From a virus, in IMG/VR virus record IMGVR_UViG_3300033145_000777, positions 1 to 64,000 of that record: DNA of 64,000 nucleotides. One strand, 5' to 3'. Below are positions 40,925 to 50,416 of the stretch, one piece after another. The translations under genes and the position numbers were made by a program. The notes beneath the pieces are model-generated. The model saw only the letters and a list, made by a program, of their open reading frames with translations, was not told the origin of the DNA and did not search any database. Numbering within the stretch: the stretch's first letter is position 1; every line of letters begins with the position of its first letter.

Positions 40925-40978
40925 TTTAGTCCATAAACTTTATATAAGTATTTGGGAAAGAAAGTACGACTCAAAATG
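40925..40978 (+). promoter_or_regulatory. promoter cassette copy 3
   Basis: tttagtccataaactttatataag...gactcaaaATG. Confidence 0.8.
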
Positions 40979-41278
40979 CAAAAGAATAAAAACAGGATAG
41001 CAGAGCCTAAAGGATTTATAAAACAGATAGAGTTCACGGCAATTCTTATCGGAGTAGTACTCCTACTAGGAAGCTACCTCGTTCTTCTGTACACCTTCAT
41101 GAGTGCATGGTTTAGCCCAATAAAAACTGTGGTCGTTCACATTAACCAGCTGGGAGAAGCACTACCGGAGCTTATATTCCTAACACTGACCTTTCCATGT
41201 GTATGTTATTTACTCGCTCGACTTAAATGGAGTAATAAAACCAAACGTATATGGATTGACGTTAAACCATCAGAATAG
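40976..41278 (+). CDS. two-TM membrane protein
   Basis: Two hydrophobic segments; start reassigned to the cassette ATG. Confidence 0.55.
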   Translation: MQKNKNRIAEPKGFIKQIEFTAILIGVVLLLGSYLVLLYTFMSAWFSPIKTVVVHINQLGEALPELIFLTLTFPCVCYLLARLKWSNKTKRIWIDVKPSE

Positions 41279-41364
41279 AGTAATATAAAAAATAGCCAAC
41301 CCTCTCTAGTACAGTAGTAACGAAAGCATTATTAACCCATATTATAACCGTTATAAGGATTAAA

Positions 41365-41541
41365 ATGTCGGAAGATAAAGCGTTGATTCAAGTCTCCGTT
41401 GAACTCCGTGATACCCTGAAATCACAAAGAAGGATAAAGCCCGATGGTGAACTTGAAACCATCGAGGAAGTCCTTCACAGGAAAACTATGGAGAAAGGGC
41501 TAGACTTGAGAGGCAGGAAGATAGGTCACGATGAGAGGTAA
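41365..41541 (+). CDS. ribbon-helix-helix-like small protein (58 aa)
   Basis: IQVSVELRDTLKS...ETIEEVL; not in the supplied ORF list. Confidence 0.6.
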   Translation: MSEDKALIQVSVELRDTLKSQRRIKPDGELETIEEVLHRKTMEKGLDLRGRKIGHDER

Positions 41542-41848
41542 GAACGAGGATTCAGCCATAGAACAATTTGAAGCAGAGGGATATGACGTTATCAAGGTAG
41601 GGATTCCAGACCTCATTCTACTCAAAGAAGGCAAAATCAGATTTATAGAAATCAAGACAACTGGTAAGCTGAAACGCGATCAGAAAAGAACCCATGAACT
41701 TTTCAGAAAACACAATATTTCTGTCGAGGTATTTCGCTTAGGAGAACAACCAAGTACAAATATTAGAATCTCCGTTGAGCTTCGTGATACCCTGAAATCA
41801 CAGAGAAGGATAAAGCCCGATGGTGAACTTGAAACCATCGAGGAAGTC
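41393..41848 (+). repeat. 80-bp direct repeat (41393..41472 and 41769..41848)
   Basis: 77/80 identical; all three differences are at synonymous third positions. Confidence 0.9.
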
Positions 41849-41902
41849 TTACTAAGACTTACCCGTGAGGCTGACATTGATCTAAAGGAGAGGATAGAGT
41901 AA
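41531..41902 (+). CDS. PD-(D/E)xK nuclease (VRR-NUC/resolvase-like) fused to an RHH-like domain
   Basis: GIPDLILLKEGKIRFIEIK...Q; C-terminus duplicates the upstream small protein. Confidence 0.75.
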   Translation: MRGKNEDSAIEQFEAEGYDVIKVGIPDLILLKEGKIRFIEIKTTGKLKRDQKRTHELFRKHNISVEVFRLGEQPSTNIRISVELRDTLKSQRRIKPDGELETIEEVLLRLTREADIDLKERIE

Positions 41903-41904
41903 CC

Positions 41905-42318
41905 TTGACGGTGATAACGTTATCATGGAAACCTGAAACAACCTTTCCTGAGCTTGCTGAGGGCTTGATCAATGAGTTTGAGAGACAAGCACTCACAAAG
42001 GAGGACATATTGTTTGCTTTCATGGCAATTAGATCAGCAGCATCTCGGATAGGATTGGACGTTGCGGGTGACGAAGAAGAGCCTCCTACGCCAGCAAGAC
42101 CAGAAGACGCTCCACCACTACCTCATGGAGACGCAAGCACAGTGTTGCTGAAAGCAGCTGAGATAACCATGTCTGCTGTTGGGATTGTGCAGAACCAGAC
42201 TGATTGGTTACATGAGAGACAGGAAATTACATCTCAAGCAATCGAGGCGATCAACGCTGACTTAGATTTAATAGCTAACGCAGTGGTTCAACTTGGAGGT
42301 GCTCTCCCTGCAAGATAG
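41905..42318 (+). CDS. hypothetical protein
   Basis: ORF with GGAG SD. Confidence 0.45.
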   Translation: MTVITLSWKPETTFPELAEGLINEFERQALTKEDILFAFMAIRSAASRIGLDVAGDEEEPPTPARPEDAPPLPHGDASTVLLKAAEITMSAVGIVQNQTDWLHERQEITSQAIEAINADLDLIANAVVQLGGALPAR

Positions 42319-43321
42319 AAATAGAATTAAGGTTCTAAGTATGAACCTATTGAAAGTTTCGGCAGGTGTTGAACCAGACTCTAGGCTTGTCGCCCTGTTC
42401 AAGAACAACCCAAACACAGAATCGGAAGTCAAGGTAAACATCGGTGACTGCGGCGAGCTTACCGTTGTTCACGGTGGGAACATCGTGGCTTCAGCTAAGA
42501 AAGCTGGAGTGAAAGAGATGTGGGTTGATGTAGAGTTACGGTCAGAGGGTTGGGTTGACTTCAAAATGCTAGTTGGTAAGGCATACGATGGAACTGAGCT
42601 TGACCAGGAACTTCTACACCCAGACTTCGCTCAATGGCATGTAACTAGGTCAACAGGAAAGAGGCTAAGGGAACTCCTACAGGACCTTGGTGACATCAAC
42701 GGGAAAACTATCTTAGTGCAAAACTGTGGAATCGGTTTCTTCTGCCATGAACTCGTGAAACGAGGAGCAACAGTAATCGGCTTAGACCCGTCTCTACATA
42801 AAATCAATGCAGCTAAACACCTCTCCAAGGTCTACGAAATGCCGAAAGACAACCCCACCTTCAAACACGGTAGCCTGTTGACTCATGGAACTGAGGACAA
42901 GTATTACGCTATTTTCTGGCAAGGTGGATACTGGACTACGTTGTTATCTAAAATAGATAACAGGCTTTTCCCCAACCAGTACATAGCTTTGGATTTGCTT
43001 GGAAACTACACAAACAGGCTATACGTTGAGCTAGAGCCAGGGGTACTAAGCAGGGAGATGAGCGACCCCTCGTTACCAGTTAGGACTTCTAAATGGGAGT
43101 CTTGGAAGGTAATATCCATCGCTGATTGGCCGCTTCTCAGGTACTTGAAGAGGGCTGAGGTATCAGCATGGGTGCGTCTTCTCGAAATTCTACGGCTGAG
43201 AAAGCGTGAAGACCTTGATCTAGTTAAGGCTGAGACCTGTTCAAAGTGTGGTAAACCAATGAGGTTCAATCCTTGCGGCGGGTTTTGGTGGTGCGTCTGT
43301 CAACAGGAGAGATCACAATGA
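42293..43321 (+). CDS. class I SAM methyltransferase-like protein with degenerate ParB-like N-terminus and C-terminal zinc ribbon
   Basis: GKTILVQNCGIGFFCHELVKRGATVIGLD; CSKC...CVC. Confidence 0.6.
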   Translation: MEVLSLQDRNRIKVLSMNLLKVSAGVEPDSRLVALFKNNPNTESEVKVNIGDCGELTVVHGGNIVASAKKAGVKEMWVDVELRSEGWVDFKMLVGKAYDGTELDQELLHPDFAQWHVTRSTGKRLRELLQDLGDINGKTILVQNCGIGFFCHELVKRGATVIGLDPSLHKINAAKHLSKVYEMPKDNPTFKHGSLLTHGTEDKYYAIFWQGGYWTTLLSKIDNRLFPNQYIALDLLGNYTNRLYVELEPGVLSREMSDPSLPVRTSKWESWKVISIADWPLLRYLKRAEVSAWVRLLEILRLRKREDLDLVKAETCSKCGKPMRFNPCGGFWWCVCQQERSQ

Positions 43322-44255
43322 AAACTCTAGACGACATTAGAGCGAGGATGACGAAGCAAGAGAAGGATGCCGGAGATAGTATTATGTGGCAAGCTAGTGG
43401 TCATCATCCCCTTTGTATCTACCTTGTAGAGTCCTACACAAAAGGACACGAGGATCAAGTAGACGAACTCACAGAAGAGAACGTTATCAAAGAGATGGCG
43501 GGCTACATGCCATTCGCGGTTGGTAAAGCAGAAGATGAACGAGGTATCAGTGCAAGTCGTAGCATTTGGAAATACGAACAATGGCTATGGGTTCTGGAGG
43601 ACCCACTCGCTGATGAGATTGGTGACTTCGATGACTACGGCATGACCCATCTTCTAACCATTGCTGAGAAGTACAAACTATCAACCAAGGATGACCCATG
43701 ATGACTGAGATGATTGTTTGCCCATCCAAACTTGGGAACAAGACACGAGAAGAATGTAATGGGTGTCAATGGTGTAGTCTGGGGGATTGTCCTCCAGGGG
43801 CGTACTTTGTAAGGAACGAGGAGGGAGACAGGAAGCTCTTTGAGGATTATCTGTATGATCCCACGAGTATCGCTGATGAAAATGGACGCTGGAAGGTTGT
43901 GTTCAATGTTAGTGAAATCACTCTAGAGGAGCTGAAGGCGAAACTGGAAGGTATGTTCGGGTTGACTACCTGTAGTCGAGAAGGACTCTGGATATATGAC
44001 CTTGATAAACAAGAAGAAGAGACACAGCCAAATTATGACGGGGTGAGTGCTTTTGTTGGGATTCGACGGATGGTTGAAGAAAGGTTTTCCGAACATGAGA
44101 TCACAGGAGAAGGAGATTCCAAAGATTGGAAACTATACGCAGACGGCGATCTAGTGGCACATGGTTCAAGAGAGTCTGCGGCTTTCAGCTGGACACTGAT
44201 AGCAAAAGAGGTCAAGCAGATATACGATCTCATTAAGGACAAGGAGGTATCCTGA
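43318..44255 (+). other. two hypothetical proteins (43318..43701 and 43698..44255)
   Basis: Coupled ORFs. Confidence 0.5.
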
Positions 44256-45040
44256 TGGCAAAAAAGCTCCAGTTGAGGAAAGCTAAAGGCAGGATGTTCA
44301 CCACGCCTGACTGGACTTGTACTTTCTGGCAAGGTTGTTCACACCACTGCATCTATTGCTGTTCTATGTTGATGGGTATCGGTCATAAATTCAGGATGAT
44401 GGTGGACTTTAGCACCCTCAAGGACTTAGAGGTACGGGACTGTATAATCTACGTGAACAGTGCTCATGACACCTTCAGCAGGAAGCAGCTGGGAACTGAG
44501 AACGTTAACAAAATTCAGCAAGGCACAGATGTTCCCGTTGAGTGGATAAGGGACATGTTCGAATACATTACTAGGCAGGACCCTAGCATAACTTGGATGT
44601 TTGTCACAAAGAACCCCGCCGGGTATCTTGGATGGCTAAAGGAGCTAACTGAATTGAAGGATCGGGTGATCTTGGGTGCAACCATTGAAACAAACAGGTC
44701 TATGATCATGTACAGTCAAGCTATCAAGCCCCAGGTGAGGGCTTGGGTTCTGCACCACCTATCCCAGAAGCTTGGCTTCAAAACCTTGGTAAGCATTGAG
44801 CCTATGTTCAAGTTTGACCTTGAACTGTTCTCATCATGGATTAGTAGAATCCATCCAATGGTTGTGGAAATTGGGTTAGATGGTTGGGAGCATAAGCACA
44901 AGAAAAGCTTACCTCAACCTGACTTGGATGACTATCGGCAACTGAAGGAAATGTTAGATAGTATTGGGATCAAGGTGATCGAGAAGCCTAGTATTGATGC
45001 GTGGTTCGTAAGTGAGGCATTAAATAAGGTAACTGGTTGA
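44255..45040 (+). CDS. DUF5131 (phage Gp37/Gp68) radical-SAM-like protein
   Basis: GCSHHCIYC, FVTKNP, LGATIETN, VSIEP. Confidence 0.8.
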   Translation: MAKKLQLRKAKGRMFTTPDWTCTFWQGCSHHCIYCCSMLMGIGHKFRMMVDFSTLKDLEVRDCIIYVNSAHDTFSRKQLGTENVNKIQQGTDVPVEWIRDMFEYITRQDPSITWMFVTKNPAGYLGWLKELTELKDRVILGATIETNRSMIMYSQAIKPQVRAWVLHHLSQKLGFKTLVSIEPMFKFDLELFSSWISRIHPMVVEIGLDGWEHKHKKSLPQPDLDDYRQLKEMLDSIGIKVIEKPSIDAWFVSEALNKVTG

Positions 45041-45260
45041 ATAGATAATGCCTAGATCATTGAACCACAAAATCAACTGTAAGATTCAGAAGTACAGGCT
45101 ACATAGAAACCCAGAGATGTACTGCAGGAGGTCTCCAACTGGTATCAGAAACACTGGTGTAAAGAAGTGCATCGGTTGTCCTATGGCTACTGTTGACACT
45201 AAATATGGGACTACTCCATATTTTAGCATAAAACAGTTGAAGGGTCTTAAGACCTGAATA

Positions 45261-45314
45261 TTTCATCCATAAAATTTTTATAAGCCTAAAGGTTAGATGT
45301 ATTGACCCAAAATG
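45261..45314 (+). promoter_or_regulatory. promoter cassette copy 4 (variant B)
   Basis: catccataaaatttttataag...attgacccaaaATG. Confidence 0.7.
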
Positions 45315-46518
45315 GAACCCCAAGTAACAGCAACCTGTGAGGCTATAGACTGTCATAAGAATACAGACGGAAAATGTACAACCACGCCTCACATTAACGC
45401 TAAAGGAATCTGCGTCTCCTTGCTGACAAGCATGGGATCCATTCGAGAAGCCTTCCCAGAAATGGATTTGTCTTAAAATGTGTTCGCAAAAATCATTAGA
45501 TAAAGTGAAGGCAGTTACTGAGATTCATTACAAAGCTAGAGGTAAAGATGGACGGATGATCCTGCTTGTCCATTCAGTAAGAAAGCAATGGGCTTCGAAG
45601 CTCTACGGGAGTGTACTTTAAGGACCTCAGTTTCTCAGGTTAAGGGGAAGCAGAGGTTGGCTCCAGCGCATTGTTTTCCACGAATATATATAACTGCATT
45701 CCATGATTGTCCTTATTACAAGGAGGGAAATAAATGAGTGAATCTTGTTTAGTTCAGAAGGTTGATCTTTTAGGTGTAGCGTGGCCTGTTTGGGTTTGTA
45801 AGAACACTGGAGTAGAGTACGGGACTCCTGAATGTGCTAACGTTATGATTTTTGGTGAGTGTAATCCAAGGGAGCCTGAATATTATCATCGTAGGATGAA
45901 ACTGAAGTACCGGAAAACTCACCCTGATCAGGTTACTATGAATGGTAACAATCTACGTGAGATATTCTGGGGAAATTCACAAAAAAAAATCGAGGTTGAG
46001 CTGAAATGAGTAACTATGATAAGATGAAAGCCTTCGAGAAAGCCGCTGAGAGAGAAGGATTCAACACTGATCGGGTGTACGATAAAGACGTTGGGATAGC
46101 TGTAGTCTTCAAGGCTCCTCACACCCATAAAAAGGAGATTAAATAGGATGCCTCATGTGTATGAATGCGCGCGTTGTGGTGGCCTGATGTTGAACAAGGG
46201 AATGACTCTCCACCTCTCCCGCATCCACGGGATCACTGATGACGTCGCAGGGGTAGTTGATGATAGCCTCGACATCAAGATAGATCACCTAGACGTTCCC
46301 TTTGGCTCCGCTGGGTTAACCTATAAACTCGGTTCCGTTGTAGCTAAGTGGATGTTTGAGGTTGGAGGAGATCACTCGACAAAGTTTATCCGGGGTAACA
46401 TTATCCTGTATCGGCTGTGGGTGAATGAACGGGTGAGGACGGTCAACAATAGACCAGGGGTTGATGTGAGGGCTCCAACATACCTAGAGAACTACCTAAA
46501 AAATGAGGGGAAAATGGA

Positions 46519-46899
46519 ATGAAACAAAAAATTAATCTCGGTCACATTGTTAAAGCTATAAATCGACCACTAATCATCATCCCGACTACTGACCCACATC
46601 CTCAACATGGTTGGCGTTCATGGGTAGAAATGGAAAATCCATCTGTGATTCATCTTGGAGACCCTAGTGATTTAGCCCATGAATTAGTACATGTACTGCA
46701 TTTTTCATTGGGTTGGGACTATGATAAAGCCTCAGAAATCATCGGAGTCTCATTTGAAGATGCACACAGAGCCTTTTTTGGAGAAAACGAGGAAATGGGT
46801 GAGGATGAAGAGGATTTCGCGGAAATGATGGCTCCCTATTTCGCAGAATCTATAATAAACGACCAAAACATGAGGGGAAAATGGAACAATGACACTTGA
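46519..46899 (+). CDS. HExxH metallopeptidase-like protein
   Basis: LAHELVH with downstream EEDFAE. Confidence 0.55.
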   Translation: MKQKINLGHIVKAINRPLIIIPTTDPHPQHGWRSWVEMENPSVIHLGDPSDLAHELVHVLHFSLGWDYDKASEIIGVSFEDAHRAFFGENEEMGEDEEDFAEMMAPYFAESIINDQNMRGKWNNDT

Positions 46900-47623
46900 A
46901 CAAGATTGGATAAGAGTAAAGGAAGCCTTTCTTAAACTAAGAAATGATAGTTGGGCTCCTAAGATGTTTCTTTTCGCAAGAATAGAACACATGAGGAAGG
47001 CCAATAATAAGGGAATAGATTTCGCTATTAGAAGATTAAAGGCATCGGATGAATACAGGGGTAGAATAAAACTGTACGGTGGTCCATCAGGGTCTTATCC
47101 TCGTTATCCATTACGGTGTTATACTCCTTTAGTTAAAATGGAGCAAGTTTTTTCATTGATCGGTATTCCAGAACTTAATATCCGTAAAAATGGAGGTACT
47201 AAGGTAAAATGAAACAGATGGATTTAATGGGTAAAGAGATGCCGGAGGAACTTACAAGAGATGGTCCTACTCCAAATGTGATCCTTCACGTTATAATTCC
47301 TGAGATGTGGTGTGAAGGAGATCTTACGCCTCATGGTAAAGTACCTTTGCCGTGTGATAAACCAAAGAACTTTGGTGAGGATGGTCAGTGTCGAGAATGT
47401 TATCTCGAATACTTGGAAGATCCTGAACGAGAGGATGATATGTACTGCACATCCATTAAAGGAGAGTGTTGACGGATAAATAGAATTGAAGAACTGAAAT
47501 CAAACCTTGACCTGGTTAACCAAAAACTTAGGAATAATCTATCACCTCAACAAAAATCAAGATTGATGAAAGGAAAATATAGGTTGAAAGGGAGAATCGC
47601 AGAGGCAGAATACAACCTAAAAA

Positions 47624-48670
47624 GGGAGAGTAGTTAGGTGAAAAAAACTAGAGCTGGACCACCCAAATGTGAAGTATGCGGGTCAATAATGGAGGCTTGG
47701 ACAAGGAAATACACGAAGGATAATAGCCTTCTATGGGTATGTCCCAAGTTCTGTAACGTCCAGAAAAACGGAGGCACTTAAGTGATTATTCCAAAAGAAA
47801 TCCATGAAGCTACATGCAAACGAATTACCAGAGAGTTCCTTGAAAAAAATCACCCAAACTTGATGAAAGCTCTTGATAAGATCGGTAAATCTGACCATAA
47901 AAGGGAGAGAACTTATGTAAAATGAATTACTTTCAACCATACGGTGCAGGGGTAGACAGTAAAGCATTAAAAATAATCATACTTAATCAAGATAACTTTG
48001 ATACACCCGATTATCTAAACAATCCAATAGAATCTGTATTCGTAGACCCAGGAGCAGAGATGCCGGGAACAGTTGAGGATGTTCACGCTATGAATGAAAA
48101 GGACTGGAATATACGGATATTGAAACCAGATAACAAGGGATTCGATAACATTTACGATTTTTATTGGGCTGAAAAAATGGTTCCAATGTATAAGTTCCGT
48201 AGTTGCACCCATAAATTCAAACAACGACCACAGAGGAAATACTATAAGCAGTTTGAACCTTATACGCTTTTCATCGGGTTTGACTACTCGGAACGTCATA
48301 GGGTTATTGAGGAATCAAAGCTCAAGAAGGAGTTTTATAAGTATCCACTTGTTGATATGAAAATCACTAGGAAACGGTCAAAAAAGATTATTGAGGAATA
48401 TGGAGAAACCGTGCCTCCTAAATCGGGGTGCTTTTTCTGTATCTATCAGAGCCGTGAATCTTGGTATGCTTTGATGAGGGATTATCCTGTTCTGTTCTGG
48501 AAATCAGTGGCCTTGGAGGAAAACTGTGAAAAGATGAATCTCAGGGCGAAAGGAACCTTGAGAGGTCTGTATCCTCCACCAGCTACTTTTCAAGAAGTTG
48601 ATATGGGTTGTAGACAATGTATGTTTGGGTTAGATCCAAACATCCGTAAAAGGGGAGAGTAGTTAGGTGA
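47624..48670 (+). repeat. 18-bp exact direct repeat (47624..47641 and 48653..48670)
   Basis: GGGAGAGTAGTTAGGTGA on both sides of the PAPS-reductase-like module. Confidence 0.8.
47922..48662 (+). CDS. PAPS reductase / PP-loop family protein
   Basis: YGAGVDS, VDPGAE, RSCTHKFK, IGFDYSE, YPL, KSGCFFC. Confidence 0.8.
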   Translation: MNYFQPYGAGVDSKALKIIILNQDNFDTPDYLNNPIESVFVDPGAEMPGTVEDVHAMNEKDWNIRILKPDNKGFDNIYDFYWAEKMVPMYKFRSCTHKFKQRPQRKYYKQFEPYTLFIGFDYSERHRVIEESKLKKEFYKYPLVDMKITRKRSKKIIEEYGETVPPKSGCFFCIYQSRESWYALMRDYPVLFWKSVALEENCEKMNLRAKGTLRGLYPPPATFQEVDMGCRQCMFGLDPNIRKRGE

Positions 48671-49263
48671 TGCAGGAAATTGACCCAAGAGTAGAAGCTC
48701 GTATGGATGATCCGAATGCTCCAACACTCAAGTCGAAGTACATTATGAGTCTTGTTGTTATTGCTAAACCTAAGACATGGATATACGCTATCCTGACCAA
48801 GGATACTCATGACATCATGGGGAAGGTGAGGTGGTATGGTATGACTTACATCTTTGAACCCAACAATGACCCAAGATATGTTGACAGGTTCTATGAGAGT
48901 TGCTTGAGGGCTATCGCTGACTTTATCCATGACTTGAAGGAAGAAAGAAAAGAAGCCAAGAAAAGGAGAGAGATTCGGAGGAGTAATGATGACATGGTAT
49001 GAGACAATTTTTTATGCTTGCCTGTATGCTTGGGTTGGGCTTGGGTTTGGTTTCTGGTTGAGGCGTGTCTGGGATTACAATAAAGAGGAGGAGAAGAACC
49101 ATGAAAACTGATCGCCTCAAGACACATTCAGACCAATATACCTATCCTAACTCATCGAAACATCAGTTATCAAATCAACCATTTTTACTGCTCTATTTAA
49201 ACAATTAAACCGTATTACGGGTTTCACTCAACTATGACCCCCTGAAATCAAAGTTCTTATATA

Positions 49264-49292
49264 ATATCATGCATGAATATCATGCATATCAT
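49264..49292 (+). promoter_or_regulatory. tandem operator-like repeats next to a TATA box
   Basis: ATATCATGCAT twice plus a partial third copy, directly after TTATATAA. Confidence 0.55.
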
Positions 49293-49315
49293 ACACGTTC
49301 CTCATGTGGTTTACT

Positions 49316-49453
49316 ATGGTGAAAACAATTAGAATTGAAAACATTCCCGACATTCTATATGAAAGGCTCGTAGAACTCAAAAAACAGCATAAAGTTAAGA
49401 GGTGGATTGATTTTCTTTGGATAGTAGAGAAAGTGATGGAAAAATACGAGTAA
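49316..49453 (+). CDS. RHH-like small regulator (45 aa)
   Basis: MVKTIRIENIPDILYERLVELKKQHKVKRWIDFL; not in the supplied ORF list. Confidence 0.55.
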   Translation: MVKTIRIENIPDILYERLVELKKQHKVKRWIDFLWIVEKVMEKYE

Positions 49454-50358
49454 TCGAGTACCCAGCAAAAATCATAGGATTCGATAAACACGGTTTTCTA
49501 AAAGTAGAAAGGGAGTATCAAAAAACTTTCTTTGATAACCCTTCTCTGCTGTTTGATGGAGCTATTGCTATACACTCTGAAATACCTGTTCCGTTGTCTC
49601 AATTCAGAATTGACCTTCTATTCAAGGACATTGAAAATAACTTTCTGTTAATAGAACTTAAAATATGCAATGATCAGCAATCTTTTGAGGCTGTTAAGAC
49701 AAATGGTCTCAATCAGATTGGTAGATACCTGAATAAGATTGATGACTTCAACGCTTTATTTAATGTGCATGTTACTGTAATTCCTTACCTTGTAATAATA
49801 TCAAAATGCAACCAAGTTATGGTTCATGAAGGAAAAAACCATAAACCAAAAAAGCATCATATTAATCAAGAAGCATATCTTGAATGGAACACAAAAAAAT
49901 ATCACAAAAATGGAGAATTAGTAATACTTGATGGGTTAATCACAAAACAGAAGAAAAAACTCAGAAACCTAAAACGACTAATCAAAAAGACAGAGACAAG
50001 AGCCTTAAGGTTAACAGAAATTGAGGAACTAAAAATAGAGAAACTGAAAAACTCTAGTGACGGGTTTATTGTAGATTTAATAGAGAAAATTGACAAAGGA
50101 GAAGATATACTTCTCTCTACTGCTACTGGAAAAAACATAAACGTTGTTAAAAACCTGTTATCACAGGCAGGAATACCTTATCTTTCTGAATCCAAAACAG
50201 GGTACAATTTTAATGATCCTGAGTTAAACGAAAACAACGTTGTTCACTTCTTCTTTTCATACATTAACTTGCCCTCTATTGTATTACCCATTCTTGAATC
50301 AGTATCCAATCTAAGATATTTTAGTTTCAATAATACAAGGGAAATACTACAAGCCTGA
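49417..50358 (+). CDS. NucS-like PD-(D/E)xK endonuclease with coiled coil
   Basis: SEIPV...RIDLLFKD..N.LLIELK...QIGRY; visibly AT-rich. Confidence 0.65.
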   Translation: MDSRESDGKIRVIEYPAKIIGFDKHGFLKVEREYQKTFFDNPSLLFDGAIAIHSEIPVPLSQFRIDLLFKDIENNFLLIELKICNDQQSFEAVKTNGLNQIGRYLNKIDDFNALFNVHVTVIPYLVIISKCNQVMVHEGKNHKPKKHHINQEAYLEWNTKKYHKNGELVILDGLITKQKKKLRNLKRLIKKTETRALRLTEIEELKIEKLKNSSDGFIVDLIEKIDKGEDILLSTATGKNINVVKNLLSQAGIPYLSESKTGYNFNDPELNENNVVHFFFSYINLPSIVLPILESVSNLRYFSFNNTREILQA

Positions 50359-50362
50359 TTAT

Positions 50363-50416
50363 TTCAGTCCCTAAATCTTTTATATGGTTCAAGGTAATAA
50401 GTACTGACTCAAAATG
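50363..50416 (+). promoter_or_regulatory. promoter cassette copy 5 (variant B)
   Basis: cagtccctaaatcttttatatggttcaag...ctgactcaaaATG. Confidence 0.8.

Noticed and set aside
41393-41848. Diversity-generating retroelement TR/VR pair
   Set aside because: No reverse transcriptase in the window, and the differences are synonymous and not all at adenines
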